Shown: positions 43,371 to 55,759 of the stretch, piece by piece
Numbering within the stretch: position 1 is the first letter of the stretch
Layout: every line of letters begins with the position of its first letter
Assembly: GCA_963422205.2 (NCBI GenBank)
Contig: CAXMWX010000005.1
Location: 160,001-224,000, forward strand
Reading direction: 5' to 3'
Origin: Gammaproteobacteria bacterium
GTDB lineage: Bacteria > Pseudomonadota > Gammaproteobacteria > Eutrophobiales > Eutrophobiaceae
DNA length: 64,000 nucleotides
Made by a program: the position numbers and the translations under genes
Notes under the pieces: model-generated
What the model was told of the DNA's origin: nothing
The model's database searches: none
What the model saw: only the letters and a program-made list of their open reading frames with translations

Positions 43371-46300
43371 TTAACTGCCCGGCACTTGCAGCAGCGGTAT
43401 CTGCTTGTCTTCAGCCGCTTCTGTCGCCGGTATGAGGGAGTTCGCAACCGACGATGCTGCCTCAGGCTCTGCGGTTGGCATCACCGCCCCTTGCGTCGAA
43501 TCCTCCTCCGCCTTGTTGCGTCTTTCCGTGTGATAAGCCAGGCCAGTGCCAGCCGGGATCAGGCGCCCGACGATCACGTTTTCCTTCAAGCCGCGCAACT
43601 CATCACGCTTGCCATTCACGCTGGCTTCGGTCAGCACCCGGGTGGTCTCCTGGAATGAGGCCGCCGAGATAAACGACTCGGTAGACAATGACGCCTTGGT
43701 GATGCCCAGCAGCACCGGCTCATACTCCGCCGGCTGCTTGTCATCGGCAATCAGCGCCTCATTCTCCTCATCCACCCGGGCACGCTCTGCCTGCTCGCCC
43801 TTGAGCAGGCTGGAATCGCCCGGTGCGGTGATCTCGCAACGCCGCAGCATCTGCCTGACGATCAACTCTATGTGCTTTTCGTTGATCCTGACGCCCTGCA
43901 GGCGGTAGACCTCCTGAATCTCATTCACAATGTATTCGGTCAAGGTATGCACGCCCTTCAGACGCAGAATGTCATGCGGTGCGGGCGGGCCATCGACAAC
44001 AACATCGCCTTTTTCCACATACTCGCCTTCAAATACATTAATATCACGCCATTTGGGGATCAACGCTTCGTAGGTCTCGCCATCTGCATCGGCGATAACC
44101 AGCCGTCGCTTGCCCTTGGTCTCTTTACCAAAGCTGACGGTGCCGGTTTTCTCGGCCAGGATGGCTGGCTCCTTCGGTTTTCTGGCCTCAAATAAATCAA
44201 TCACACGTGGCAGACCACCGATGATATCACGGGTTTTTAACGACTCCTGTGGCAAGCGGGCGATCACATCACCCACCGTCACCGGATCCCCATCGGCCAC
44301 GGTAACCACAGCCTTGGGAGGAAGCGGATAGTGTGCAGGAATATCCGTGCCTGGAATTTTTAACTCATCGCCCTCCTCATTGACCAGTTGCACCACAGGA
44401 CGCATGTCCTTGACGCTGCGAAATTTCGGATCTTTATTCATCTCCTCGCGTCTTTTCTTTCTCTCATTATCATCCTTGCCCTTGACCACAACAAGACGCC
44501 CGGTCGACTTGTCTATAAAGCCATCCTTTTTCAAGTTGGGATTCGGCATGATGATCACTATCTCGGTCAGACCAGTGACCTCATCCACCCGCCGTTCCAT
44601 CGTCACACTTTCAGTAATATCACTGAACTTCGTCCGGCCTGCCACCTCGGAGATGACTGGGTGAGTGTGTGGGTCCCAACTGGCAATCCTGGCAGCCGCC
44701 GCAATCGTGTCGCCATCGGCCACGGTCAGCACCGCACCGTAAGGGAGTTTGTAACGCTCACGCTCACGACCCACCTCATCCAGCAACGAGACCTCGCCAG
44801 AGCGGGAAACCACAACCCGCTTGCCGCCGCCCTGATCCAGCAATTTGACATTATCCAAGCGTATGCGACCGCCATATTTGACCTCAATCGCGCTGACGGC
44901 CGCCGCCCGTGAAGCGGCACCACCGATGTGGAAGGTACGCAAGGTCAGCTGGGTGCCCGGCTCGCCGATCGATTGTGCCGCCACCACACCGACCGCCTCG
45001 CCCCTGCTGACCAAGTGGCCGCGCCCCAGATCACGGCCATAACACATGGCGCAGATGCCATAGCGGGTATGGCAGGTGATGGCCGAGCGCACATACACCT
45101 CATCAATGCCTTTCTCATCCAGCCTGGCTACCCACTCCTCGTCCAGCAAGGTGCCCGCGGCGGCAACCACGTCCTCTGTACCCGGTTTCACCGCATCCCT
45201 GGCCAGCACCCGACCCAGGATACGCTCAGCCAGATGTTCAACCACATCGCCGCCTTCAATGATCGATGTCATCCTCAGCCCCTCACCGGTGCCACAATCA
45301 TGCTCAACCACCACCAAGTCCTGGGCCACATCCACCAGCCGACGCGTGAAATAACCGGCATTCGCCGTCTTCAGGGCAGTATCGGTCAGCCCCTTGCGCG
45401 CACCGTGGGTGGAGATGAAGTACTGCAACACATCCAGCCCTTCACGAAAGTTGGCGGTGATCGGCGTCTCAATAATGGCACCGTCCGGCTTGGTCATCAG
45501 GCCACGCATACCGGCCAACTGCCTGATCTGTACGGCTGAACCACGGGCGCCGGAATCGGCCATCATATAAATAGAGTTAAATGACGGCTCGCTGATCGCC
45601 TGGCCCTGCTCGTCGGTGACCACATCCACGCCCAGCGTGTCCATCATCGCCTTGGCCACCTGATCATTGGTGTGCGACCAGATATCCACGACCTTGTTAT
45701 AGCGCTCGCCATCGGTGATGAGGCCAGAGGTATATTGCTGCTCAAATGTCCTGACCTGCGCTTCGGCATTGCTGATGATGCTGGTCTTCTGATCTGGAAT
45801 GACTATATCCTCAACACCAAAAGAGACACCGGCACGGGTGGAATAATAAAAACCGGTATACATGAGTTGATCAGAAAAGATAACTGTCGTCTTCAGCCCC
45901 TCCTGTCGATAGCAGGTGTTGATTAACTTCAATATCTCTTTTTTATTTAAGGGTTTGTTCACCAGCGAGAACGGCATACCGGCAGGCAGGATGCGCGATA
46001 ACAGGGCCCGGCCCACTGTGGTTTCCACGCGCTCATGGCGGCTGATTTTCCCCCCTGCCTCATCCATAATGCACTGCTCGATCCTGACCTGTATCCTGGC
46101 ATGAAGATCTACCACGTTTGTCTCATGGGCGCGATGCACCTCATCAACATCGGCAAACACCTTGCCGCCGCCCCTGGCCGCCGCTGATTCCCGCGTCATG
46201 TAATACAGGCCCAACACCACATCCTGGGTAGGCACGATGATCGGCTCACCGTTGGCCGGCGATAAGATATTATTGGTGGACATCATCAAGACCCTGGCCT

Positions 46301-47735
46301 CCAGTTGTGCCTCCACAGACAGCGGGACGTGCACAGCCATCTGATCGCCGTCAAAGTCCGCATTAAACGCAGTACACACCAGCGGATGCAGTTGTATGGC
46401 CTTGCCTTCAATCAGCACCGGCTCAAACGCCTGAATCCCCAGCCGGTGCAAGGTGGGCGCCCGGTTAAGCATCACCGGATGTTCACGAATCACCTCTTCC
46501 AGAATATCCCAGACCTCCGAGCCTTCCCGTTCAACCAGTTTTTTCGCCGCCTTAATGGTGGTCGCCAGACCACGACGCTCCAGCTTGCTGAAGATGAATG
46601 GCTTGAATAATTCCAGCGCCATTTTCTTCGGCAGACCGCACTGATGCAGTTTCAAGGTGGGCCCGACCACAATGACCGAGCGGCCAGAGTAATCCACCCG
46701 CTTGCCCAGCAGGTTCTGCCGAAAACGTCCCTGCTTGCCCTTGATCATGTCCGCCAGGGATTTTAATGGCAGCTTGTTCGTGCCCGTGATGGCACGCCCT
46801 CGACGGCCATTATCCAGCAGGGCATCCACGGCCTCCTGCAACATGCGCTTCTCGTTACGGACGATAATATCGGGCGCATTGAGATCCAGCAGACGTTTCA
46901 AGCGGTTGTTGCGATTAATCACGCGCCGGTACAGATCATTCAGATCGGAAGTAGCGAAGCGACCGCCATCTAATGGCACCAGTGGCCGCAGCTCCGGTGG
47001 CAGCACGGGCAACACCTCCATCACCATCCATTGCGGCTTGTTACCGGACTTTTGAAACCCTTCAAGCAGCTTTAAGCGTTTGGAGAGCTTACGCAGCTTG
47101 GTCTCTGATTTGGTTTGCGGAATCTGCTCCCGCAATTCGTCGACTTCCAGATCAATATCGATGCGGATCAGCAGTTCGTGGATGGCCTCGGCCCCCATTT
47201 TTGCCTCAAATTCATCGCCATATTGTTCCAGTGCCTCCAGGTAGTTTTCCTCTGTCAGCAACTGGCCACAGGCTAATTGTGTCATGCCAGGCTCAACCAC
47301 CACATAGGCCTCGAAATACAACACCCGCTCAATCTCGCGCAGGGTCATATCCAGCAGCAGACCCATTCTGGATGGCAACGACTTCAGATACCAGATATGC
47401 GCTACCGGGCTGGCCAGTTCAATATGCCCCATGCGCTCCCGACGTACCTTGGACAAGGTAACCTCAACCCCGCATTTCTCGCACACCACGCCCCGGTGCT
47501 TCAAGCGCTTGTATTTACCACACAGGCATTCGTAGTCTTTTGTCGGGCCGAAGATCTTGGCGCAAAACAGGCCATCGCGCTCCGGCTTAAACGTGCGATA
47601 GTTAATGGTCTCGGGTTTTTTCACCTCGCCATAAGACCAGGAGCGTATTTTTTCAGGTGATGCCAGGCCGATGGAAATACAATCGAATTCATCCGCCTGG
47701 CCTTGCTGCTTTAATAATTTGAGTAAGTCTTTCAA
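43371..47735 (-). CDS. rpoC: RNA polymerase beta' subunit
   Basis: NADFDGD catalytic motif, N-terminal Zn finger, RTFHIGG trigger loop; TTG start. Confidence 0.99.
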   Translation of the reverse strand: MKDLLKLLKQQGQADEFDCISIGLASPEKIRSWSYGEVKKPETINYRTFKPERDGLFCAKIFGPTKDYECLCGKYKRLKHRGVVCEKCGVEVTLSKVRRERMGHIELASPVAHIWYLKSLPSRMGLLLDMTLREIERVLYFEAYVVVEPGMTQLACGQLLTEENYLEALEQYGDEFEAKMGAEAIHELLIRIDIDLEVDELREQIPQTKSETKLRKLSKRLKLLEGFQKSGNKPQWMVMEVLPVLPPELRPLVPLDGGRFATSDLNDLYRRVINRNNRLKRLLDLNAPDIIVRNEKRMLQEAVDALLDNGRRGRAITGTNKLPLKSLADMIKGKQGRFRQNLLGKRVDYSGRSVIVVGPTLKLHQCGLPKKMALELFKPFIFSKLERRGLATTIKAAKKLVEREGSEVWDILEEVIREHPVMLNRAPTLHRLGIQAFEPVLIEGKAIQLHPLVCTAFNADFDGDQMAVHVPLSVEAQLEARVLMMSTNNILSPANGEPIIVPTQDVVLGLYYMTRESAAARGGGKVFADVDEVHRAHETNVVDLHARIQVRIEQCIMDEAGGKISRHERVETTVGRALLSRILPAGMPFSLVNKPLNKKEILKLINTCYRQEGLKTTVIFSDQLMYTGFYYSTRAGVSFGVEDIVIPDQKTSIISNAEAQVRTFEQQYTSGLITDGERYNKVVDIWSHTNDQVAKAMMDTLGVDVVTDEQGQAISEPSFNSIYMMADSGARGSAVQIRQLAGMRGLMTKPDGAIIETPITANFREGLDVLQYFISTHGARKGLTDTALKTANAGYFTRRLVDVAQDLVVVEHDCGTGEGLRMTSIIEGGDVVEHLAERILGRVLARDAVKPGTEDVVAAAGTLLDEEWVARLDEKGIDEVYVRSAITCHTRYGICAMCYGRDLGRGHLVSRGEAVGVVAAQSIGEPGTQLTLRTFHIGGAASRAAAVSAIEVKYGGRIRLDNVKLLDQGGGKRVVVSRSGEVSLLDEVGRERERYKLPYGAVLTVADGDTIAAAARIASWDPHTHPVISEVAGRTKFSDITESVTMERRVDEVTGLTEIVIIMPNPNLKKDGFIDKSTGRLVVVKGKDDNERKKRREEMNKDPKFRSVKDMRPVVQLVNEEGDELKIPGTDIPAHYPLPPKAVVTVADGDPVTVGDVIARLPQESLKTRDIIGGLPRVIDLFEARKPKEPAILAEKTGTVSFGKETKGKRRLVIADADGETYEALIPKWRDINVFEGEYVEKGDVVVDGPPAPHDILRLKGVHTLTEYIVNEIQEVYRLQGVRINEKHIELIVRQMLRRCEITAPGDSSLLKGEQAERARVDEENEALIADDKQPAEYEPVLLGITKASLSTESFISAASFQETTRVLTEASVNGKRDELRGLKENVIVGRLIPAGTGLAYHTERRNKAEEDSTQGAVMPTAEPEAASSVANSLIPATEAAEDKQIPLLQVPGS

Positions 47736-47794
47736 CGCTCACTACCTCCGGGGTATGGTGTGATCTTGTTTTTTGAGTCTGTGATCTGGCATCC

Positions 47795-50700
47795 CTAGTT
47801 ATCCAACTCGATATCTATGGCCAGCGAGCGGATCTCCTTGAGCAACACATTAAACGACTCCGGCATACCGGCTTCTATGTAATGATCGCCATCGACGATG
47901 TTTTTATACATTTTAGTCCGACCATTGACATCGTCTGATTTAACCGTCAGCATTTCCTGCAAGGTATAGGCCGCACCGTAGGCCTCCAGCGCCCAGACCT
48001 CCATCTCACCAAAACGCTGCCCGCCGAATTGGGCCTTGCCGCCCAGTGGCTGCTGCGTCACCAGGCTGTACGGCCCGGTCGAACGGGCGTGCATTTTATC
48101 ATCCACCAGATGATTTAATTTCAACATGTACATATAACCGACCGTGATACGGCGCTCAAAGGCATCACCCGTGCGGCCATCATACAACACACTCTGACCA
48201 TCAGCTGCCAGCCCGGCCAACGCCAGCATGGCCTTGATCTCACCTTCGCTGGCACCATCAAAAACGGGCGTGGCCATAGGCACACCGTTTTGCAAGTTGC
48301 CGGCCAGGGCCATGATGTCGGCATCGGATAATGCCGCCAGGTCCTCGCTACGCCCGCTGGCGTTATAGATCTGTCCTAAAAATTTACGCAGCCGGGCGAT
48401 ACTCGCCTGTGCCTGCAACATGCGCCCGAGCTTATTACCCAGGCCCTTGGCCGCCCAGCCCAGATGGGTCTCCAGCACCTGACCCACATTCATGCGTGAG
48501 GGTACGCCCAGCGGATTTAACACGACATCCACCGGCGTACCATCTTCCAGATACGGCATGTCTTCAACCGGGACGATGCTGGATATGACGCCTTTATTGC
48601 CATGCCGACCGGCGATCTTGTCGCCCGGCTGCATACGGCGTTTTACCGCCAGATAGACTTTGACCATTTTCAACACACCCGGGGCCAAATCATCGCCCGT
48701 GGTCAGCTTGGCACGCTTCTCCTCAAACTTCTTATCAAAGTTCTCTTTCAATTCCTTGAGTTGTGATGCTGCCTCATCCAGCAGGCGAGTCGCCGCCTCG
48801 TTTTTCAGGCGGATCTCCGTCCACCGCAGGCGTGGCGTTGTCTGCAAATACGTCTCGGTGATCCGGCTGCCAGCCTCCAGCCCGTTCGGGCCACCGGCTG
48901 CGATCTTGTCGATGAGGTGTCGCTGCATCCGCTGATAAACGCCATCTTCCATGATACGCAGCTGATCATTTAAGTCTTTACGTACCCGGTTTAACTCAGC
49001 CTCTTCAATCTCCAGGGCACGGGCATCTTTTTCTACCCCATCACGAATGAAGACCTGCACATCAATCACCGTGCCATTGGTGCCGGACGGTACGCGCAGC
49101 GAGGTGTCTTTGACATCGGACGCCTTCTCACCGAAGATCGCCCGCAGCAATTTCTCCTCCGGCGTCAACTGCGTCTCCCCCTTGGGCGTGACCTTGCCAA
49201 CGAGGATATCGCCAGCGTTGACTTCAGCACCGATAAAGACAATGCCGGACTCATCCAGCTTGTTCAGCGCATGCTCGCTGACGTTCGGGATATCCGCCGA
49301 GATCTCTTCCGGCCCCAGCTTGGTATCGCGGGCAACGCAGGTCAGCTCCTCAATATGAATCGTGGTGTAACGGTCTTCCTGCACCAGATTCTCAGAAATC
49401 AGGATAGAGTCTTCAAAGTTGTACCCATTCCACGGCATGAAGGCGACCATCAGGTTCTGCCCCAGGGCCAGCTCGCCCATATCAGTGGACGGGCCATCGG
49501 CCAGTACATCGCCGCAGGCCACCTGATCACCGGGCCTGACCAGCGGTTTTTGGTTGATGCAGGTGTTTTGGTTGGATCGGGTATATTTTGTCAAGTTGTA
49601 AATATCCACACCCGGATCACCCGCGATGACATCCTTGTCATTGACCCGAATCACAATACGGCTGGCATCCACAGAATCGACCGTACCGCCGCGCCCGGCA
49701 ACCACGGTGACGCCGGAGTCAATCGCCACCGCACGCTCCATGCCAGTGCCAACCAGGGGCTTCTCCGCCTTCAGGGTTGGCACGGCCTGGCGCTGCATGT
49801 TTGAACCCATCAGGGCGCGGTTGGCATCATCGTGTTCCAGGAACGGAATCAGGGAGGCGGCAACCGAGACGATCTGCCGCGGTGATACGTCCATATAATT
49901 AATCCTATCAGGAGATGACAGGACGGATTCATTGCGGGTGCGGGATGGAATCAACTCATCAACCAGCCTGCCCCTGGCATCTACGTTTGTGTTCGCCTGG
50001 GCGATAACATAATCGCCTTCCTCAATGGCGGACAGGTAGTCGGTCTCATCGGTCACCCGGCCGGCCACCACCTTGCGGTAAGGCGTCTCCAGAAACCCGT
50101 ATTCATTGGTACGGGCGTACACCGCCAGAGAATTGATCAAACCAATGTTCGGCCCTTCAGGCGTCTCAATCGGGCAAACCCGGCCATAGTGTGTTGGGTG
50201 GACGTCACGCACCTCAAAGCCGGCGCGCTCACGGGTCAGCCCGCCCGGGCCAAGGGCGGAGATGCGCCGTTTATGAGTCACCTCGGACAAGGGATTATTC
50301 TGATCCATGAATTGCGATAGCTGGCTGGAGCCAAAAAATTCCTTGATCACGGCAGAGACTGGCTTGGCATTGATGATCTCCTGCGGCATCAAGCCTTCGG
50401 ACTCGGCCAGGCTCAGGCGTTCTTTGACGGCACGTTCCACCCGCACCAGGCCAATGCGGAATTGATTCTCCGCCATCTCACCGACACTTCTAACGCGACG
50501 ATTACCCAGGTGATCAATATCATCAATCGTGCCCTTGCCGTTGCGGATATCCACCAGGGACCTCATCACATCGACAATATCCGAATCCATACCACGGAAT
50601 AAGGCCCGCAAATCAGCATAGCTGGCCAGGGCTTTGCGGGCCTTCTCATTGATGTGTTGTAACAACAACTGCATCTCGGCCTTGAGATCGGCCAGTTGCA

Positions 50701-52036
50701 GCTTCTGCTCATCTTTCCTGGTCAGCAGAGAACCGGCAAAGTATTCGCCATCAAAAAGCACGCCGGTACCCGTGAGTGCTTCACGCCCAGCCCGACGATT
50801 GAATTTCATTCTGCCAACGGCGGACAAGTCATAACGTTCAGCGGTAAAAAACAGGTTGCGAAACAGGCCCTCAGCCGCTTCTTTGGTGGGCGGTTCGCCA
50901 GGGCGCATCATGCGATAGATCTCGATCTGCGCCTCCAGTTGCGAATTGGTGGTATCAATTCGCAGGGTATCGGAGATAAAAGACCCTCGGTCCAGATCAT
51001 TGGTGAACAGGGTTTCAAACTCAAAATCCTTGTTCTCAGTGAGGGTTGCGATGATCTCCTCGGTCATTTCCGTATTCGCCGGCAGAAGTATCTCACCGGT
51101 TTCTGTATCGACTATATCCCGGGCGATGACCTGACCCAGCAAATAATCGGCCGGTACCTCCAGCTGTTTTATACCGGCCTTCTCAAGCCGGCGGATATCC
51201 CTGGCGGTGATGCGCCGCTCTGCTTCAAGCAGCACCTTGCCGTTTTTATCCAGAATATCGAAGTTGACGGTCTCACCGCGCAAGCGCTCGGCCACCAGCG
51301 CCAGGTTGACTGTGCCATCCTCGATATGAAAGACATGGGTATCAAAAAAAGTATCCAGTATCTGCTGGGTGGTGTAACCCAGGGCGCGCAACAATATCGT
51401 GGCCGGGATCTTGCGGCGTCTGTCGATACGGCAATACAGCAGATCTTTCGCATCAAATTCAAAATCCAGCCAGGAGCCACGATAAGGGATCACACGGGCA
51501 GAATAAAGCAGCTTGCCAGAGGAGTGGCTTTTCCCTTTATCATGCTCAAAAAACACGCCGGGAGAGCGGTGCAGTTGGGAGACGATCACCCGCTCTGTGC
51601 CGTTGATGACAAAGGTGCCGGTATCGGTCATGAGGGGTATTTCACCCATGTACACATCCTGCTCCCTGACATCCTTGACCACTTTGTTATTCAGGCCAGC
51701 CTCCTTGTCATAGATGATCAAGCGTGCCTTGACGCGCAATGAGGCAGCATAAGTCAGCCCTCTTAACTGGCATTCCTTGACATCAAATACAGGCACACCC
51801 AGGCGGTAACCTGCATACTCCAGCACGGCATTGCCTGAATAGGACTCGATGGGGAATACGGATTGAAATGCCGCATGTATGCCCATATCGCGGCGGCTGT
51901 CCTCATCGCTTTCCAGCTGCAAAAACTTCTCGTAGGAATTACGCTGCATCGCCAGCAGATACGGCACAGGAAGGACACTCTGACGTTTGCCGAAATCCTT
52001 TCTAATGCGTTTCTTTTCAGTATAGGAATAAGTCAT
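47795..52036 (-). CDS. rpoB: RNA polymerase beta subunit
   Basis: [50 protein letters not shown]; start trimmed to 52036. Confidence 0.99.
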   Translation of the reverse strand: MTYSYTEKKRIRKDFGKRQSVLPVPYLLAMQRNSYEKFLQLESDEDSRRDMGIHAAFQSVFPIESYSGNAVLEYAGYRLGVPVFDVKECQLRGLTYAASLRVKARLIIYDKEAGLNNKVVKDVREQDVYMGEIPLMTDTGTFVINGTERVIVSQLHRSPGVFFEHDKGKSHSSGKLLYSARVIPYRGSWLDFEFDAKDLLYCRIDRRRKIPATILLRALGYTTQQILDTFFDTHVFHIEDGTVNLALVAERLRGETVNFDILDKNGKVLLEAERRITARDIRRLEKAGIKQLEVPADYLLGQVIARDIVDTETGEILLPANTEMTEEIIATLTENKDFEFETLFTNDLDRGSFISDTLRIDTTNSQLEAQIEIYRMMRPGEPPTKEAAEGLFRNLFFTAERYDLSAVGRMKFNRRAGREALTGTGVLFDGEYFAGSLLTRKDEQKLQLADLKAEMQLLLQHINEKARKALASYADLRALFRGMDSDIVDVMRSLVDIRNGKGTIDDIDHLGNRRVRSVGEMAENQFRIGLVRVERAVKERLSLAESEGLMPQEIINAKPVSAVIKEFFGSSQLSQFMDQNNPLSEVTHKRRISALGPGGLTRERAGFEVRDVHPTHYGRVCPIETPEGPNIGLINSLAVYARTNEYGFLETPYRKVVAGRVTDETDYLSAIEEGDYVIAQANTNVDARGRLVDELIPSRTRNESVLSSPDRINYMDVSPRQIVSVAASLIPFLEHDDANRALMGSNMQRQAVPTLKAEKPLVGTGMERAVAIDSGVTVVAGRGGTVDSVDASRIVIRVNDKDVIAGDPGVDIYNLTKYTRSNQNTCINQKPLVRPGDQVACGDVLADGPSTDMGELALGQNLMVAFMPWNGYNFEDSILISENLVQEDRYTTIHIEELTCVARDTKLGPEEISADIPNVSEHALNKLDESGIVFIGAEVNAGDILVGKVTPKGETQLTPEEKLLRAIFGEKASDVKDTSLRVPSGTNGTVIDVQVFIRDGVEKDARALEIEEAELNRVRKDLNDQLRIMEDGVYQRMQRHLIDKIAAGGPNGLEAGSRITETYLQTTPRLRWTEIRLKNEAATRLLDEAASQLKELKENFDKKFEEKRAKLTTGDDLAPGVLKMVKVYLAVKRRMQPGDKIAGRHGNKGVISSIVPVEDMPYLEDGTPVDVVLNPLGVPSRMNVGQVLETHLGWAAKGLGNKLGRMLQAQASIARLRKFLGQIYNASGRSEDLAALSDADIMALAGNLQNGVPMATPVFDGASEGEIKAMLALAGLAADGQSVLYDGRTGDAFERRITVGYMYMLKLNHLVDDKMHARSTGPYSLVTQQPLGGKAQFGGQRFGEMEVWALEAYGAAYTLQEMLTVKSDDVNGRTKMYKNIVDGDHYIEAGMPESFNVLLKEIRSLAIDIELDN

Positions 52037-52081
52037 TACCGCTCCTTCAAGTTGGCACAACGGGGTAGTACAGACATCGAT

Positions 52082-52462
52082 TTATTTCAGCTCGACAGTC
52101 GCACCGGCCTCTTCAAGCTGCTTTTTCAACTCCTCAGCCTCATCTTTGCTGGCCGCTTCCTTGAGCGTTGAAGGTGCGCCCTCCACCATGTCTTTCGCCT
52201 CTTTAAGACCTAATGCCGTCACCGCACGCACGACCTTGATCACGCCGACTTTGTTATCACCAAAGCTGGCCAGCACAACGTCAAACTCGGTTTTCTCTTC
52301 CACAGCAGCCGCACCATCATCGGCCGCCGGCCCGGCGGCAACGGCAACCGGTGCAGCCGCAGAGACGCCCCAGGATTGTTCCAGCTCGGAAATAAGATCG
52401 ACCAGCTCCATGACTGGCATGTTGTTTAAGGTTTCTTTGATTTCATCTTTTGATACAGCCAT
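52082..52462 (-). CDS. rplL: 50S ribosomal protein L7/L12
   Basis: [11 protein letters not shown] hinge, [15 protein letters not shown]. Confidence 0.97.
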   Translation of the reverse strand: MAVSKDEIKETLNNMPVMELVDLISELEQSWGVSAAAPVAVAAGPAADDGAAAVEEKTEFDVVLASFGDNKVGVIKVVRAVTALGLKEAKDMVEGAPSTLKEAASKDEAEELKKQLEEAGATVELK

Positions 52463-52505
52463 TACTCTGCTCCTCATTTACGATCGTTTTACTTGAAGTG
52501 ATAAA

Positions 52506-53027
52506 TCAGGCCGCCTGATCCCGCCTGGCGGCGAGCAAGCGCACAAACTTTGCCTCCGGCTCTGCCAGCAGACGCACAAACTTGCCCAGCGGTGCCTGCA
52601 TGAGACCAAGCAACAGGGCACGTGCCTGTTCCAGGGAAGGCAATTCTGCCAGTCGGTCAATGTCCTCAGCGGCTAACAACTGACCATCCATCGCCACCAG
52701 CCTGACCACCAGCTTGTCATTTTCCCGGGCAAAATCGCGGATAACCCGAGCCGCCGAACCCGGCTCATCGCCAGAGAATGCCAGCACCAAAGGACCGACC
52801 AGCTTCTCCCGCATACAGTCGAACTTCGTGCCTTCCAGGGCGCGCCGGGCCAGGGTGTTGCGAACAACCCGCAGGTAGACACCGGCTGCCCGTGCTGAGC
52901 GCCTGAGATCGGTCATCTCCACAACGTTCAAGCCAGCATATTCGGCGGCAATCGCCGTTGGTGCCTGGGCGGCAATCGCCGCAACGTCACTGACAATGAC
53001 CTGTTTCTGCTCTAATGTAAGACTCAC
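52506..53027 (-). CDS. rplJ: 50S ribosomal protein L10
   Basis: VVRNTLARRA, LAELPS; position between rplA and rplL. Confidence 0.97.
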   Translation of the reverse strand: MSLTLEQKQVIVSDVAAIAAQAPTAIAAEYAGLNVVEMTDLRRSARAAGVYLRVVRNTLARRALEGTKFDCMREKLVGPLVLAFSGDEPGSAARVIRDFARENDKLVVRLVAMDGQLLAAEDIDRLAELPSLEQARALLLGLMQAPLGKFVRLLAEPEAKFVRLLAARRDQAA

Positions 53028-53123
53028 TACCGCTTACCCTCCTCTTGCCGTGTTACAGACATAGCCCCGGCAGAGAACACAGTCTGACCGGCACTCCCTA
53101 AGACACTATATCCGGCTAACAAT

Positions 53124-53265
53124 CACGGTGAACTGGTGCAGTCAACCTGTACCGGGCTACACCGTCTGCGTAGGCTAAGTTCCTGCATGAGATCAACACA
53201 TCACCGCTGATCCCATGCAGGTATGCCGTAAATTTAAGAACACTCTCACCTACGGTCTTTGACGG
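53124..53265 (-). ncRNA. L10 (rplJ) autoregulatory leader
   Basis: Transcript reads CCGTCAAAGACCGTAGG...TTAA...CCTACGCAGACGG, the L10-leader core, upstream of rplJ. Confidence 0.75.
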
Positions 53266-53349
53266 CTGTCAGTCCATCCGCCAGCCCAAAGTCTCCAGAT
53301 TAAATTTTCAATCAATACCATGCAGCGCAGCCTGTTCACGCCCACGCCC

Positions 53350-54039
53350 CTACAAGGTGCTCTGATCAACCACCACGCCCGGCCCCATCGTGCTCGACAG
53401 CGAGACCTTACGCAGGTAGATGCCCTTGGCGCTGGCGGGTTTTACCTTGTGCAGGTCGGCCAGCAGGCAGGCCAGGTTTTCCTCAAGAGCCGCCGCAGAA
53501 AAAGACGCCTTGCCTATACCACAATGAATAATGCCGTTCTTATCGGCACGGTAGCGCACCTGACCGGATTTTGCATTGCTCACGGCCTGTTTGATATCCT
53601 GGCTGACTGTACCGACCTTCGGATTCGGCATCAGCCCCCGAGGGCCGAGCACCTTGCCCAACTTACCCACCACAGGCATGGCATCGGGGGCCGCAATGAC
53701 AATGTCAAAATCCATAAAACCCGCGTGAATCTTTTCCGCCAGATCATCCATGCCGACATGCTCTGCCCCGGCATCTGTGGCATCTTTCGCCTGTCCGCCC
53801 TGGGCGAAAACGGCGACCCGCATGGTTTTACCGGTGCCCTTCGGCAGGACGATGGCGCCCCGGACGACCTGGTCTGACTTTCTTGGATCGATACCCAGGT
53901 TGACCGCAACCTCAACAGTCTCATCAAATTTTGCCGTGGCACAGGCCTTTACCAGCTTCAAGGCATCAGGCAGCGCATAATCTCTGGTGTTATCCATTTG
54001 CTTCAGGAGCGCCTGCTGGCGCTTGCTCAACCTTGCCAT
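53350..54039 (-). CDS. rplA: 50S ribosomal protein L1
   Basis: [27 protein letters not shown]. Confidence 0.98.
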   Translation of the reverse strand: MARLSKRQQALLKQMDNTRDYALPDALKLVKACATAKFDETVEVAVNLGIDPRKSDQVVRGAIVLPKGTGKTMRVAVFAQGGQAKDATDAGAEHVGMDDLAEKIHAGFMDFDIVIAAPDAMPVVGKLGKVLGPRGLMPNPKVGTVSQDIKQAVSNAKSGQVRYRADKNGIIHCGIGKASFSAAALEENLACLLADLHKVKPASAKGIYLRKVSLSSTMGPGVVVDQSTL

Positions 54040-54041
54040 GC

Positions 54042-54473
54042 CTAGACGCCCTCGGTTTCCAGCCCCATGCTGCGGGCGGTACCGGCCACGGTACGTACAG
54101 CCGCTTCCAGATCATTGGCACTTAGGTCAGGCTGCTTGGTCCTGGCAATTTCCTCCAGTTGCACACGGGTCACCTTGCCGACCTTGTGGGTGTTCGGTGT
54201 ACCGCTGCCGCTGTTAATGCCAGCCGCCTGCTTTAACAAATAGGAGGCTGGCGTTGTCTTGGTCAGAAAGGTAAAACTTTTATCACTGTAGACCGTAATT
54301 ACCACAGGCACAGGCAAGCCCGGCTCCATGGATTGTGTCTGGGCGTTAAACGCCTTGCAAAACTCCATGATGTTCAAGCCGTGCTGGCCTAATGCCGGGC
54401 CGACGGGCGGGCTGGGATTGGCCTGTCCTGCGGGCACTTGCAGCTTGATATAGGTATCAATTTTTTTTGCCAT
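54042..54473 (-). CDS. rplK: 50S ribosomal protein L11
   Basis: [27 protein letters not shown]. Confidence 0.98.
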   Translation of the reverse strand: MAKKIDTYIKLQVPAGQANPSPPVGPALGQHGLNIMEFCKAFNAQTQSMEPGLPVPVVITVYSDKSFTFLTKTTPASYLLKQAAGINSGSGTPNTHKVGKVTRVQLEEIARTKQPDLSANDLEAAVRTVAGTARSMGLETEGV

Positions 54474-54604
54474 GCGAATATTCCTCCGGGGGCAAATGGG
54501 TCACGGACGGATTATCCGAAACTCGCCGGCGACTTAATTTACGTAATGTACTTTCAGCTAACATCGATCGGGTTATTCTGCATACATGAATTGACGGCTT
54601 GCTG

Positions 54605-55138
54605 TTATTCTTTTTCTACCTGGGTAAACTCAAGCTCAACAGGCGTTGAACGGCCAAAGATCAGCACGGAAACCCGAAGGCGGCTTTTTTCATAATTCAC
54701 CTCTTCCACCATACCGCTGAAATCCGTGAACGGGCCGTCAGTGACCCGCACCACTTCGCCCGCCTCAAACAAGACCTTTGGCCTCGGCTTGTCAACGCCT
54801 TCCTCTACACGCTGTAATATCGTATCGGCCTCTGCATCGGATATGGGCGCCGGTTTATCCGATGTGCCGCCGATAAATCCCAGCACCTTGGGGGATTCTT
54901 TTATCAGATGCCAGGTGGCCTCGTTCATGTCCATCTGCACCAGCACATAACCGGGGAAAAATTTTCTGTCACTCTTGCGTTTTTTCCCATCACGCATCTC
55001 GACCACTTCTTCAGTCGGCACCAGTATCTTGCCGAACTGCTCCTTAAAACCACTGCGGTCAACCCGATCCTTGATCGTTTGCATCACTTTCTGTTCATAG
55101 CCTGAATACGCCTGCACAACATACCATTTCAATGACAT
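54605..55138 (-). CDS. nusG: Transcription termination/antitermination factor NusG
   Basis: [29 protein letters not shown]. Confidence 0.98.
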   Translation of the reverse strand: MSLKWYVVQAYSGYEQKVMQTIKDRVDRSGFKEQFGKILVPTEEVVEMRDGKKRKSDRKFFPGYVLVQMDMNEATWHLIKESPKVLGFIGGTSDKPAPISDAEADTILQRVEEGVDKPRPKVLFEAGEVVRVTDGPFTDFSGMVEEVNYEKSRLRVSVLIFGRSTPVELEFTQVEKE

Positions 55139-55151
55139 TGCATCAGGCCCC

Positions 55152-55526
55152 TTACCCGCCGATCACAAGGCGTATCAGCTTGCCCAGCAAGCTGTCCAGC
55201 AGCCAGAAAAACAAGGCGGCAACAATCACAGTGAAGATAACCAGTAACGTGGTTTGCCCTGTCTCCTGTCTGGTCGGCCAGATAACTTTCCTGACCTCTA
55301 TCTGCGCGCTATGGGAAAATTCCCAAAACGCCTTCCCCTGGCTGGACTGCATAAAAACCCATGCCGCTATGCCGATAGCAACCAGCAAACCCATCACCCG
55401 GGTTAGCTGGGATTGCTCTTCATAGACATAAAAACCGGCTATCGCAGCGATGATGATCGCAATAGCGATGGCGATCTTGACCTTATCCAGCACAGGACGG
55501 CTGGCCGCTTCAGTGTTTAAACTCAT
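55152..55526 (-). CDS. secE: Preprotein translocase SecE (3-TM form); start uncertain
   Basis: [13 protein letters not shown] motif with three hydrophobic helices. Confidence 0.94.
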   Translation of the reverse strand: MSLNTEAASRPVLDKVKIAIAIAIIIAAIAGFYVYEEQSQLTRVMGLLVAIGIAAWVFMQSSQGKAFWEFSHSAQIEVRKVIWPTRQETGQTTLLVIFTVIVAALFFWLLDSLLGKLIRLVIGG

Positions 55527-55566
55527 ATTCACCATACATGGATTAACCAGCACTATTCATCTTCAA

Positions 55567-55642
55567 TGGCAGGCCAGGAGGGAATCGAACCCCCAACCTG
55601 CGGTTTTGGAGACCGCCGCTCTGCCAATTGAGCTACTGGCCT
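55567..55642 (-). tRNA. tRNA-Trp (CCA)
   Basis: AGGCCAGTAGCTCAATTGG...CTCCAAA...GTTCGATTC...TGGCCTGCCA, 76-nt cloverleaf with encoded CCA end. Confidence 0.97.
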
Positions 55643-55759
55643 TATCTTTAACAGTACGGCAGGCATCCATGCCGCCACAGCTTAAAAATCAGCAACGCCA
55701 GCTTCGCCATCCCAACCATTAAACAACACCCGACTTGCCAGCCAACCCCATCCTTCAAG

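Noticed and set aside
50240-50345. Rifampicin-resistance mutations in rpoB cluster I
   Set aside because: The sequence [26 protein letters not shown] retains the sensitive-type residues.
44415-50755. RpoB/RpoC insertions as inteins or introns
   Set aside because: Too short, in frame, and lacking the N-terminal Cys/Ser and C-terminal His-Asn splice motifs.
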